Of a stretch of DNA of 64,000 nt, positions 8,760-17,974 are shown piece by piece. The notes below the pieces were generated by a model that was not told where the DNA came from, did no database searches, and worked only from the letters and a program-made list of their open reading frames with translations. Position numbers and translations under genes: made by a program. The DNA is taken from positions 3,072,001-3,136,000 of the forward strand of contig OZ251539.1 in the NCBI GenBank assembly GCA_965243135.1, given 5' to 3'. This stretch comes from Alphaproteobacteria bacterium. Its GTDB lineage: Bacteria > Pseudomonadota > Alphaproteobacteria > MPNO01 > UBA830. The first letter of the stretch is position 1, and each line of letters starts with the position of its first letter.

Positions 8760-8904
8760 CGGCGCCCCGCTTCGGCGCCGCAAAGCGGCGCGCGGCGGAA
8801 ATTTGCGCTGCCGCCGGCCGTACGGGCAGCCGACGAAAAATACGACGCAGCCGCAAACGCCTCGCCTTGCGGAACGCCGCTTCATGGCCTAAAATTCCAG
8901 CACG

Positions 8905-9378
8905 ATGGTCGAGGATTCGATGGATTACCAAAGCATCGTGGAACGCGCCATGCGGGGCGTCGTTCGCGATATTCTCAACCGCGTGGCGGACGATGGCCTG
9001 CCCGGACAACACCACCTCTACGTGACCTTCGAGACCCGGCATCCCGGCGTCCGCCTCGCCCAGTCCCTGATGCGAAGGTACCCCGACAAGATGACGATCG
9101 TACTGCAGCACCAGTTCTGGGGTCTGGACATCGACGAGGACGCTTTCGAGGTGACGCTCAAGTTTTCGGGCAGGAACGAGCGCCTGAGAATCCCGCTGGA
9201 AGCCGTAACGGCGTTCGCCGACCCTTCGGTCGAGTTCGGACTCCGTTTCCATGCGATCGAAGAAGAAGAAAGCGAACGGGCGGAAGGGGACGAACGGGCG
9301 GACGAGGAGAAGGACGCCGGGGACCCGGAAGCCGGCCAGGTCGTCGCCCTGGACTCTTTCCGCAAGAAAAAGACTTGA
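8905..9378 (+). CDS. sspB: ClpXP adaptor SspB, alphaproteobacterial type
   Basis: [45 protein letters not shown]-terminal [10 protein letters not shown]; upstream TTGCGG-N17-TAAAAT. Confidence 0.93.
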   Translation: MVEDSMDYQSIVERAMRGVVRDILNRVADDGLPGQHHLYVTFETRHPGVRLAQSLMRRYPDKMTIVLQHQFWGLDIDEDAFEVTLKFSGRNERLRIPLEAVTAFADPSVEFGLRFHAIEEEESERAEGDERADEEKDAGDPEAGQVVALDSFRKKKT

Positions 9379-9388
9379 ACGCTTCCCG

Positions 9389-10990
9389 ATGTCTTCGTAT
9401 CGCGAACTGCTCCCTCTCGGCGAGGATCGCACGGAGTACCGGAAACTGACGTCGGATTTCGTTTCGACCGCGGAGTTCGAAGGAGAGGAAATCCTCAAGG
9501 TCGAACGGGAAGGTCTCAGGACGCTCTCCGCGCAGGCGTTCGCCGACATCGCGCACTTTCTGCGGCCCGGCCACCTGCGGCAACTGCGCGACATTCTCGA
9601 CGACCCCGAGGCTTCTGTCAACGACCGCTTCGTCGCCCTGGACCTGTTGAAGAACGCCAACGTCGCCGCCGGCGGCGTGCTCCCCATGTGCCAGGACACC
9701 GGCACTGCGATCGTCATGGGAAAGAAAGGCCGGAACGTCCGCACGGAGGGCGGGGACGAGGCGGCCTTGTCCGACGGCGCGGCCGCGACCTACGCCGAAC
9801 GCAACCTGCGATACTCGAACGTGGCGCCGCTCTCGATGTTCGAGGAAATCAACACCGGCACCAACCTGCCCGCCCAGATCGAGATCTACGCGACCGACGG
9901 CGACTCCTACGGCTTCCTCTTCATCGCCAAGGGCGGCGGGTCCGCCAACAAGTCGTTCCTGTACCAGCAGACGCCGGCGATCCTCGACAAGGAGAGGTTG
10001 CTTCCCTTCCTCGACGAGAAGATCCGCAGCCTCGGAACCGCCGCCTGCCCTCCCTATCACCTTGCGGTCGTGATCGGCGGCACGTCGGCGGAATTCAATC
10101 TCAAGACCGTCAAGCTCGCCAGCACCCGCTATCTCGACGGCCTGCCGACCCAAGGCAACGAACACGGCCAGGGCTTTCGCGACCTCGAACTGGAACGAGA
10201 GATTCTCCAACTTACCCGAGACGCGGGAATCGGCGCCCAGTTCGGCGGCAAGTACTTCTGCCACGATGTCCGGGTGGTGCGGCTGCCGCGGCACGGCGCG
10301 AGCGTGCCGATCGGTCTCGGCGTCTCGTGCTCGGCGGACCGGCAAGCGCTGGGCAAGATCACGCAAAACGGCATATTCCTCGAGCGGCTCGAGACCAACC
10401 CCGCCCGCTTCCTGCCGGAGGTCGAACCCGCCGATCTGGCCGGCGAGGTCGTGAAGATCGACCTGACCCGGAGCATGGACGAAATCAGAAGCGCCCTGAG
10501 CCGGCATCCCGTCCGGACGCGGCTCGCCCTGACGGGACCGATGATCGTCGCGCGCGACGCGGCGCACGCGCGGATCCGGAAACGGCTGGACGCCGGCGAG
10601 CCCATGCCCGGCTATTTCCGCGATCACGCGATCTACTACGCGGGCCCGGCCAAGACGCCGGAAGGATACGCCTCCGGATCGTTCGGCCCGACCACGGCCG
10701 GCCGCATGGACTCCTACGTGGCGGAGTTCCAGTCCAGGGGCGGCAGCCACGTCATGCTGGCCAAGGGCAACCGGTCGCGTTCGGTTACCGACGCCTGCAA
10801 GACCCACGGCGGATTCTATCTCGGCTCCATCGGCGGACCGGCGGCGCGCCTCGCCCAGGATTGCATCAAGAAGGTCGAATGCGTCGAATACGCAGATCTC
10901 GGGATGGAGGCGATCTGGCGCATCGAGGTCGAAGACTTCCCGGCCTTCATCGTCGTGGACGACAAGGGAAACGATTTCTTCGCACAATGA
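9389..10990 (+). CDS. fumA: Class I (Fe-S) fumarate hydratase
   Basis: [44 protein letters not shown]. Confidence 0.95.
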   Translation: MSSYRELLPLGEDRTEYRKLTSDFVSTAEFEGEEILKVEREGLRTLSAQAFADIAHFLRPGHLRQLRDILDDPEASVNDRFVALDLLKNANVAAGGVLPMCQDTGTAIVMGKKGRNVRTEGGDEAALSDGAAATYAERNLRYSNVAPLSMFEEINTGTNLPAQIEIYATDGDSYGFLFIAKGGGSANKSFLYQQTPAILDKERLLPFLDEKIRSLGTAACPPYHLAVVIGGTSAEFNLKTVKLASTRYLDGLPTQGNEHGQGFRDLELEREILQLTRDAGIGAQFGGKYFCHDVRVVRLPRHGASVPIGLGVSCSADRQALGKITQNGIFLERLETNPARFLPEVEPADLAGEVVKIDLTRSMDEIRSALSRHPVRTRLALTGPMIVARDAAHARIRKRLDAGEPMPGYFRDHAIYYAGPAKTPEGYASGSFGPTTAGRMDSYVAEFQSRGGSHVMLAKGNRSRSVTDACKTHGGFYLGSIGGPAARLAQDCIKKVECVEYADLGMEAIWRIEVEDFPAFIVVDDKGNDFFAQ

Positions 10991-11505
10991 CGGACGTTCT
11001 TCCTGACGTGCTCGCGCCCGGCCTGACCACGGTTTTCTGCGGCTCCGCGGCCGGACCGGCATCCGCCCGCGACGGAACCTACTACGCCGGGCGCGGGAAC
11101 CGGTTCTGGCAAACCCTGCACGAGACAGGCTTTACGGACCGCCGCCTCGCTCCGTCCAAGTTCCGCGAACTCCCCCGGTACGGTCTTGGACTGACCGACC
11201 TCGCGAAGCGCGAGTCCGGCGTGGACGCCGACTTGTCCCCCGGCGCCTGGGACGCCGACGCGCTGCTGCGCAAGATCGAAACCTTCCGTCCGCGCTTTCT
11301 CGCCTTCACGGGCAAACGGCCCGCCCGGCAGTTTCTCCGCGACCGCTTCGGAGCGAACGTCGCGGATTACGGATTGCAGGCGCGGACCGTCGGCGAAACC
11401 CGGGTCTACGTTCTGCCCTCGCCCTCCGGCAAAGCCTGGAGTTCGTGGACGGTCGCGCCGTGGCTCGAACTCGCCGGGCTTCACCGCGAGGAGTTCGGCG
11501 CATGA
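10987..11505 (+). CDS. mug: Mismatch-specific uracil DNA glycosylase (Mug/TDG family)
   Basis: [35 protein letters not shown]; ATGA overlap with fumA. Confidence 0.88.
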   Translation: MTDVLPDVLAPGLTTVFCGSAAGPASARDGTYYAGRGNRFWQTLHETGFTDRRLAPSKFRELPRYGLGLTDLAKRESGVDADLSPGAWDADALLRKIETFRPRFLAFTGKRPARQFLRDRFGANVADYGLQARTVGETRVYVLPSPSGKAWSSWTVAPWLELAGLHREEFGA

Positions 11506-12509
11506 AATTCTGCGTGTTCGGAGCGGGCGCCGTCGGCGGATTCGTCGGCGGCATGATGGCGCGATCCGGCGCCGAGGTTTCCCTGATCGCGCGAGGCGAG
11601 CATCTCGCGGCGATGCGCCGAGGCGGCCTGAAGGTCGTCGCCGGAGACGAAGAGTTCACGGCCTCGGCGACGGCCACCGACCGGCCGGCCGATCTCGGAG
11701 AGCAGGACGTGATTTTTCTTTCGACCAAAGCGCATGCGCTCGCCGACGCGGCGGCGGCGATGCAGCCGCTGCTTGGAAGCGACACCGTCGTCGTCGCGGC
11801 TCAGAACGGCCTGCCGTTCTGGTATTTCCACGCTCATGGCGGCCCGCATGACGGGCGGACGCTGCAGAGCGTCGATCCCGGCGGGAGGATCGCCGCCGGG
11901 ATCGGACGCCGCCGCGCGATCGGATGCGTCATCACGTCGAGCAACGAGGTGGTCGCGCCCGGCATCGTCCGCAACGTCGGAAATCGGACTTTCGCTCTCG
12001 GCGAACCCGGCGGATCGCTGTCCGACCGCCTTCGCCGCGTCGCCGCGGCCATGGAGGCGGCCGGCCTGGAGGCGCCCCTCCATTCGAAGATCCGCGACGA
12101 AATCTGGCTGAAGCTGTGGGGCAACGTTTCGTTCAGCTGCATGGCGGCGCTGACGACGGCGCGCCTCGGCCCGTTGGTCGAGCGTCCGGATCTCGGGCGG
12201 CTGGCCACCGTCATCATGGAAGAAGTCCGGAAGGTGGGAGAAGCGCTGGGCGTGACGTTCCGGGACGGCATCGACGGACGGATCGCCAACACCCGGAAGG
12301 TGGCGGGACACAAGACCTCGCTCCTGCAGGATCTCGAACGGGGACGCCCGATGGAAGTGGACGCGATCGCCGGATCCGTGATCGAACTGGCGCGCCTGCT
12401 CGGCTTGGAAACGCCGACGGTCGATCTGATCTACGCCCTGCTTCGGCAGCGGGCGCGGGAAGCAGGCCTCTACCCGGAAACCGGATTCGACCCGCTCGCC
12501 CCTACCTGA
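11502..12509 (+). CDS. panE: 2-dehydropantoate 2-reductase family (ApbA/PanE)
   Basis: FGAGAVGG Rossmann motif, ARGEHL, QNG, IWLKLWGN, KTSLLQDLERGRPMEVD. Confidence 0.85.
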   Translation: MKFCVFGAGAVGGFVGGMMARSGAEVSLIARGEHLAAMRRGGLKVVAGDEEFTASATATDRPADLGEQDVIFLSTKAHALADAAAAMQPLLGSDTVVVAAQNGLPFWYFHAHGGPHDGRTLQSVDPGGRIAAGIGRRRAIGCVITSSNEVVAPGIVRNVGNRTFALGEPGGSLSDRLRRVAAAMEAAGLEAPLHSKIRDEIWLKLWGNVSFSCMAALTTARLGPLVERPDLGRLATVIMEEVRKVGEALGVTFRDGIDGRIANTRKVAGHKTSLLQDLERGRPMEVDAIAGSVIELARLLGLETPTVDLIYALLRQRAREAGLYPETGFDPLAPT

Positions 12510-12964
12510 AAGACCGCCTCGACCTCGATGGCGACGCCGAGCGGCATGGACGCCACGCCGATCGCCGTGCGCGCATGACGACCGCATTCGCCGAACAGTT
12601 CGTTGAACAACTCGGAAGCGGCGTTCAATACGTGCGGCACCGCGGTGAACTCGGGGTCGACGTTGACGTAGCCCTTGATCTTGACCACCTCCTCGATGCG
12701 GTCGAGATCGCCGAGCGCCTCCTTGGCGCAGGCCAGAACCATCAACGCGCTGGCGCGGGCGGCCTCCCTTCCTTCCTCGAGGGAGAATTCTCGCCCGACC
12801 TTCCCGACGAAAGAGACCTCGCCGTCGACGCGCGGCACCTGCCCCGAAACGAAGAGCAGATCGCCCGCCATTTTCCAGTTTCGAATTTTGGCGACCGTCG
12901 GGCTGGCGGTGCCGGGCAACGCGACGCCCATCTCCGAGAGTCTCGCTTCGATCTTTCCCGCCAT
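12470..12964 (-). CDS. RidA/YjgF family protein (Atu1372-like)
   Basis: LFVSGQVP, GKVG, VLNAASELF, GRHARTAIGVASMPLGVAIEVE; overlaps the panE 3' end by 40 nt. Confidence 0.9.
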   Translation of the reverse strand: MAGKIEARLSEMGVALPGTASPTVAKIRNWKMAGDLLFVSGQVPRVDGEVSFVGKVGREFSLEEGREAARASALMVLACAKEALGDLDRIEEVVKIKGYVNVDPEFTAVPHVLNAASELFNELFGECGRHARTAIGVASMPLGVAIEVEAVFQVGASGSNPVSG

Positions 12965-13080
12965 TTTTCCGGCTCCTTGAATTTCGGCTGGCAACCCAAC
13001 GGGTTCCCCTAATCAACTCCGAGATTGCCCCCGCCTGATTCGCACGACGGCGCGCCGACCAATCATCGCAGGATTCGCGG

Positions 13081-13476
13081 TCAAGGGTTATAGGGTTCCA
13101 TGGTCGGAGACGAAGTAACCCGCGCGGAGCTCACGGAGCTGAGCGAACTCGCGGTGGAAGGAAAGCTCCCAATGGTTGCCGCCGAGCTCGCCGTGTTTGG
13201 GGCCGAGCCGCCGACGACCGCCATCAGCGCCTCGTCCCGGAGCGTCCGGTTCGGGTCGGGAGGCATGGCCAAATGGAAGGTGTCGTGGGTGTTGAGGACG
13301 ATGTTCACGTCCACATCCATCGACACATGGATTCCATGTTCCCGCAGAACGTCCTTCGGACGCTCCTCGACCTCGCGCAGCCGATCCTCGTCGGAATGGC
13401 AGGCGTCGGCGAGGCCCTGAAGAATGATGCCCTGCTGGCGAACATATTGGTAGATGCCTTCCTGGTGAATATGCAT
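13081..13476 (-). CDS. NHLP-leader RiPP precursor peptide
   Basis: Leader PKDVLREHGI..VNIVLNT.DTFHLAMPPDP..LRDEALMAVVGG, followed by a 41-aa Ser/Thr-rich core; RBS-like agggaag. Confidence 0.8.
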   Translation of the reverse strand: MHIHQEGIYQYVRQQGIILQGLADACHSDEDRLREVEERPKDVLREHGIHVSMDVDVNIVLNTHDTFHLAMPPDPNRTLRDEALMAVVGGSAPNTASSAATIGSFPSTASSLSSVSSARVTSSPTMEPYNP

Positions 13477-13578
13477 GGTCGTCTTCCCTGCGATGTTTAG
13501 GCTCAGGACTCCCGCTATCGACTCCGAAGCGCAATACCGGCGGTCGGTGTGTGTGGCTGTGTGTGGCTGTGCAAGGAC

Positions 13579-13608
13579 AGTATGGGGATGGGTTGGCCGG
13601 TAAGTCAA
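13579..13608 (-). promoter_or_regulatory. Putative sigma70 promoter of the NHLP precursor
   Basis: TTGACT-N18-CATACT about 100 nt upstream of the ATG. Confidence 0.5.
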
Positions 13609-13699
13609 GGCGCGGTGCCGGGTCGCCAGGGCGAATTCAAGAATGGCGCGGTCATTGCCAAGCGCTGCCCGCGAGGAGGCGGCAGCGTCGCGAGATCCG

Positions 13700-14060
13700 C
13701 ATCGGCGAGACGATGGCGGCGCGAGGCGGCGGCGGCGCGAGGCCACCGGTCGGGCGTCAGAAGACCTCCGTGGTCAGCTCTCGAACGGCCTGGCGCGAAT
13801 CGTAGTGCCGGTGAGCCTGCGGCAGGTAATCGTCCGCGCAACCGAACGATGGAGATCGCGGCATTACGGGCCAGTGCACGGGCACTGCCGCCGACGTGGT
13901 TGCGGCGGCGATCCTCGTCGTAGGTCATGTCGCGAACATACGGCCGCGTTGTCCACGAACACGGTCGGGACCGTCGCGGTGACGCAACAGGGAATCCAGG
14001 GGGCCGCGTCGCGCCAAACGATCGACGAGACCCCTCGGGAAAGTCACCGAGGCGCGCTCG
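13700..14060 (-). mobile_element. ISAs1-family transposase C-terminal relic
   Basis: YVRDMTYDEDRRRNHVG..ARALARNAAISIVR resembles the ISAs1 HWVLDVTFxEDxxR..NLA.LRN motif; frameshifted, boundaries approximate. Confidence 0.6.
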
Positions 14061-14149
14061 GGCATCACAGGACGCGAGGCGCCTTCCGCGAGGTTCCCTT
14101 AAAGGCATTTCGCCTTGGCGGAAGCGGCGCAGCGCAACCGCTTCTCTCT

Positions 14150-14178
14150 TTGACCGCCACGGTCCGCGGGCGTATTCT
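14150..14178 (+). promoter_or_regulatory. sigma70-like promoter, probably leaderless transcript
   Basis: TTGACC-N17-TATTCT, then 6 nt to the ATG at 14185. Confidence 0.65.
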
Positions 14179-14184
14179 GTCCGA

Positions 14185-15753
14185 ATGGAAAAACGCATGC
14201 TTCCGATCGGCCTGACCTCCCTCCAGAAAATCCGGAGGAGGGACTGCTACTACGTCGACAAGACGGACCATGTGCGCCGCCTCGTCGAAGGGGGCGATTA
14301 CTATTTCCTGTCGCGTCCGCGCCGGTTCGGCAAGACCCTCCTGGTGGACACGCTCCAGAAGTTGTTCGACCCTCCTGGTGGACACGCTCCAGAAGTTGTT
14401 CGAGGGAAGCGAGGAGCCGTTCCGGGGCCTCGCCATACACGGCAAGTGGGACTGGTCGGCGCGCCGGTGCGGCTGGATTTCAGCGGCGTGGGCCGTTTCG
14501 ACACCCCGGACGGGGTTCGGGGAACCGTGGAAAGGCAACTGGCGGCGACGGAGAGGCGCGCCGGCCTCGAACCGGGTCCCGCCGGGACGGCGGTCCGTTT
14601 CCACGAGTTGATCGAGGCCCTGCACGAGCGCACCGGACAGCAGGCGGTCGTTCTGGTCGACGAATACGACAAGCCGATTCTGGACGCGCTCGGCGACCGG
14701 GAACTGGCGCTGGCCAACCGCGATTTCCTGCGCAGCCTGTACGGGGTGATCAAGGCTTCCGACGAGCAACTCCGTTTCGTTTTCCTGACGGGGGTGAGCA
14801 GGTTTTCGCGGGCGGGCATTTTCTCGGGCCTGAACAACCTGCGCGACATCACCCTCGATCCGCGTTTCGGCGCCATCTGCGGCTATACCGACGACGAGCT
14901 GGACGCGGTCTTCGCCCCGGAACTCGAGGGCCTGGACCGGCAGAAGGTCCGGCGCTGGTACAACGGCTACAACTGGCGCGGACCGGAGAGGGTCTACAAC
15001 CCGTTCGACATCCTCCTTCTCTTCGAAACGCGCGAGTTCGAGGAGCACTGGTTCCAGACCGGCACGCCGACCTTCCTCGCCGACCTTCTGGCGCGTCGCC
15101 GGGTCTCGGCGCCGGACCTGGAGGGCGCGGTCGCGAACGCCACGCTGCTGTCGGCCTTCGACGTCGACCGCATTCCCGTCGAGACGTTTTTGTTCCAGGC
15201 CGGTTATCTGACCATCGCCGACGAGAAGCGGGACGGGGACGCGCTCCTTTACCGGCTGGACTACCCGAACCAGGAGGTGAAGCGCAGCCTGAACGAGCTC
15301 CTGCTGCAGACGATGGCGCCGGGCGTCGCGGTCGCGGCGGAGAGCCAGGAGTTGCGCCGCCTGATGCGGACGAACGACTTCGCGGGCATCGAGCGGCAGT
15401 TCCGGGCGTTGCTGGCGAGCATCCCGAACGAACGGTGCGCGAACACGGGCATGGCCGGCTACGAGGCGCACTATGCGAGCGTGTTCTACTCGCACTTCGT
15501 GGCGGCGGGAATGGACGTCCGCGCCGAGGAGAGCACGGCGCGCGGCCGCTCGGACCTGGCGGTCCTGTACGACGGCGGCGTCTACCTGTTCGAGTTCAAG
15601 GTCGCGGACGGGAAGGGGCGGGCGCTGGCGCAGATTCGGGAGCGCGGCTACGCGGACAAGTACCGGCGTCCGGGCGTGCCGGTCCACCTGATCGGCATCG
15701 AGTTCGGCCGGGAAGAACGCAACATCGTGGATTTCAGGTTCGAGACCGTCTGA
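14185..15753 (+). CDS. AAA-ATPase-like plus PD-(D/E)XK nuclease protein, paralogue 2 (with compensated frameshift)
   Basis: Same motifs as 473-2014; contains a 34-bp tandem duplication and a downstream 7-bp deletion. Confidence 0.85.
   Translation: MEKRMLPIGLTSLQKIRRRDCYYVDKTDHVRRLVEGGDYYFLSRPRRFGKTLLVDTLQKLFDPPGGHAPEVVRGKRGAVPGPRHTRQVGLVGAPVRLDFSGVGRFDTPDGVRGTVERQLAATERRAGLEPGPAGTAVRFHELIEALHERTGQQAVVLVDEYDKPILDALGDRELALANRDFLRSLYGVIKASDEQLRFVFLTGVSRFSRAGIFSGLNNLRDITLDPRFGAICGYTDDELDAVFAPELEGLDRQKVRRWYNGYNWRGPERVYNPFDILLLFETREFEEHWFQTGTPTFLADLLARRRVSAPDLEGAVANATLLSAFDVDRIPVETFLFQAGYLTIADEKRDGDALLYRLDYPNQEVKRSLNELLLQTMAPGVAVAAESQELRRLMRTNDFAGIERQFRALLASIPNERCANTGMAGYEAHYASVFYSHFVAAGMDVRAEESTARGRSDLAVLYDGGVYLFEFKVADGKGRALAQIRERGYADKYRRPGVPVHLIGIEFGREERNIVDFRFETV
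14336..14403 (+). repeat. Perfect 34-bp tandem duplication inside the CDS
   Basis: ccctcctggtggacacgctccagaagttgttcga x2. Confidence 0.95.
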
Positions 15754-15789
15754 AGCCGGGAGCCGTCCCGTTCGAACATTTCGGCAGGC

Positions 15790-16482
15790 GGCGCCTCCGC
15801 GAAAGGCGTCGGCAGACCGCGCCGCGAGTCGCCATGCATCTCGTCGAGGACGGCCGTTGTTTCCGCCGGGTTGGCGCCGACGGCCTGACGGAACGCGCTG
15901 CCGAGGGGAGGCGCCGTCCGCCATCGCACGGCGCCCCGGTGGCGCGAACCCGCGTCGCCCTCCCAGTCCCCGACCCGCGACTTCTCCTCGACGATTTCCG
16001 GGCGCACGTCCACCTGGTCGGGAATGCAGCCGCGGCCCACCTGCCCTTTGGCGCGCGAGTTCCGCTTCTTGCCGCGTCGCCATCGGAACAACGTTCCGCC
16101 AGTCCCTTCCACACGTGTCTGCCACTCGCGGCGCTCGACCCCCGAGGCGCAGGCGTCCCGAGTCCAGACTCCACTGCAGGGCCAGATTCTCATCGACTTC
16201 GCCCCGCCGCTCCGGGAGCCCGAGGCCGCGCCGAAGCCATGCTGCGGCGCTCGGTCGCCAGCCGGTCGGCCAGGTCGCGCCGGCCCGCGTTGCGGGTCGG
16301 GTCGCGGCCTCGCCGCTTTCCTTCATCATGTCAATCTGCCAACGTTCGTCGCGGGTCAGGTGATGATAGGCGTTGGCCATGGGGAAATTTCCGTTTTTGA
16401 ACTCGCTATCGCCTGACCTTTCCGCAACATCTTGCTGCAAACGGTCGGTCAGCCACCACCATGTTGCACTTCAAACTTGAAG
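15790..16482 (-). mobile_element. Degraded IS30-family element
   Basis: MANAYHHLTRDERWQI HTH start at 16380 and RPEIVEEKSRVGDWEGD DDE motif in another frame; possible end sequence tgttgcacttcaaacttgaag at 16462-16482. Confidence 0.8.
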
Positions 16483-16573
16483 GAGCGGGTTGAAGAGCGG
16501 AAACGAAACGAACGGGCGAAACGCGCGGCGGCGGCCGAGACGCCGCCGAGCCGGCTTGCGGCGGACGGAGGCG

Positions 16574-17956
16574 ATGCGCATCGAACGCGACAGCATGGGC
16601 GAGATCCGGGTCCCGGCGGACAGCTATTGGGGCGCGCAGACGCAGCGCAGCCTGGAAAACTTTCCGATCGGAACGGAGAAAATCCCGGACAGCCTGATTC
16701 GCGCCTTCGGCGTCCAGAAGAAAGCGGCGGCGCTGGCCAACATGGCGCTCGGCGCGCTCGACGAAAGACTCGGGCGCGCCATCGCCGAGGCGGCGGATTC
16801 GGTCGCGTCCGGCAAGCTGTCGGATCACTTTCCCCTGCCGGTCTGGCAGACGGGATCGGGCACCCAGACGAACATGAACGCGAACGAGGTCATCGCCAAC
16901 CTCGCGAACCGAGCGTTGGGAGAGCCGCTGGGCGCCATGTTCCCGGTCCATCCCAACGACCACGTGAACCGCGGCCAGTCGTCCAACGATTCGTTCCCGA
17001 CCGCGATGCACGTCGCCGCGGCGACGGAAACCACGGATCGATTGCTGCCGTCGCTGACCGCGCTGCGGGAATCCCTGCGGAGAAAGCAGAACGAATTCGC
17101 CGAGGTCGTGAAGATCGGCCGCACCCATCTTCAGGATGCGACGCCGCTTACCCTGGGCCAGGAATTCTCGGCGCATGCGCGGCAGGTCGACGCCGGTATC
17201 GAACGAGTCGAGACGGCGCTGCCGCGGATCCTGGAAGTGGCCCAGGGCGGCACGGCGGTCGGCACCGGCCTCAACGCCGCTCCCGGGTTCGACCGCGCCT
17301 TCTGCGCCGAACTCCGAAAGCTGACGGGCCTCGATTTCCGTCCTGCGGTCAACAAGTTCGAGGCGATGGCGGCGCACGACGCGATCGTCGAAATGTCCGG
17401 CGCTCTCAACGTTCTCGCCGTGTCCCTGATGAAGATCGCCAACGACGTCCGGCTGCTCGCGTCGGGCCCGCGGGCGGGTTTCGGCGAGATCGTCTTGCCG
17501 GCCAACGAGCCGGGATCGTCGATCATGCCCGGCAAGGCGAATCCGACGCAGGCGGAAGCGCTGACCATGGTTTGCGCGCAGGCGATGGGCAACCATGCCG
17601 CGATCACGGTCGCGGGGTCGCATGGACATCTGCAGCTCAACGTTTTCAAGCCGGTGATGATCTACGACCTGTTGCAGTCGATCGGGCTTCTCTCCGACGC
17701 GGGCCGCAGCTTCGCCGAACGGTGCGTGGACGGCATCGCGGTCGACGCGGAGCGGGTGGCCGCGCTGGTGGAGCGGTCCCTGATGCTGGTGACGGCCCTC
17801 GCTCCGCATATCGGCTACGACAGGGCGGCGGAAATCGCCGGAACGGCATGGCGCGAAGGCAGGACGCTGCGCGACGCGGCACTGCGAAGCGGATACGTCG
17901 ACGGGCCGTCGTTCGACCGGTGGGTGGATCCGGCCGCCATGATCCGGCCTGCCTGA
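16574..17956 (+). CDS. fumC: Class II fumarate hydratase
   Basis: [59 protein letters not shown]. Confidence 0.97.
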   Translation: MRIERDSMGEIRVPADSYWGAQTQRSLENFPIGTEKIPDSLIRAFGVQKKAAALANMALGALDERLGRAIAEAADSVASGKLSDHFPLPVWQTGSGTQTNMNANEVIANLANRALGEPLGAMFPVHPNDHVNRGQSSNDSFPTAMHVAAATETTDRLLPSLTALRESLRRKQNEFAEVVKIGRTHLQDATPLTLGQEFSAHARQVDAGIERVETALPRILEVAQGGTAVGTGLNAAPGFDRAFCAELRKLTGLDFRPAVNKFEAMAAHDAIVEMSGALNVLAVSLMKIANDVRLLASGPRAGFGEIVLPANEPGSSIMPGKANPTQAEALTMVCAQAMGNHAAITVAGSHGHLQLNVFKPVMIYDLLQSIGLLSDAGRSFAERCVDGIAVDAERVAALVERSLMLVTALAPHIGYDRAAEIAGTAWREGRTLRDAALRSGYVDGPSFDRWVDPAAMIRPA

Positions 17957-17974
17957 ACGCCCGCCGGGAAACCG

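Noticed and set aside
12470-12509. 40-nt convergent overlap of panE and the RidA gene
   Set aside because: Short 3' overlaps are common and probably reflect stop-codon drift.
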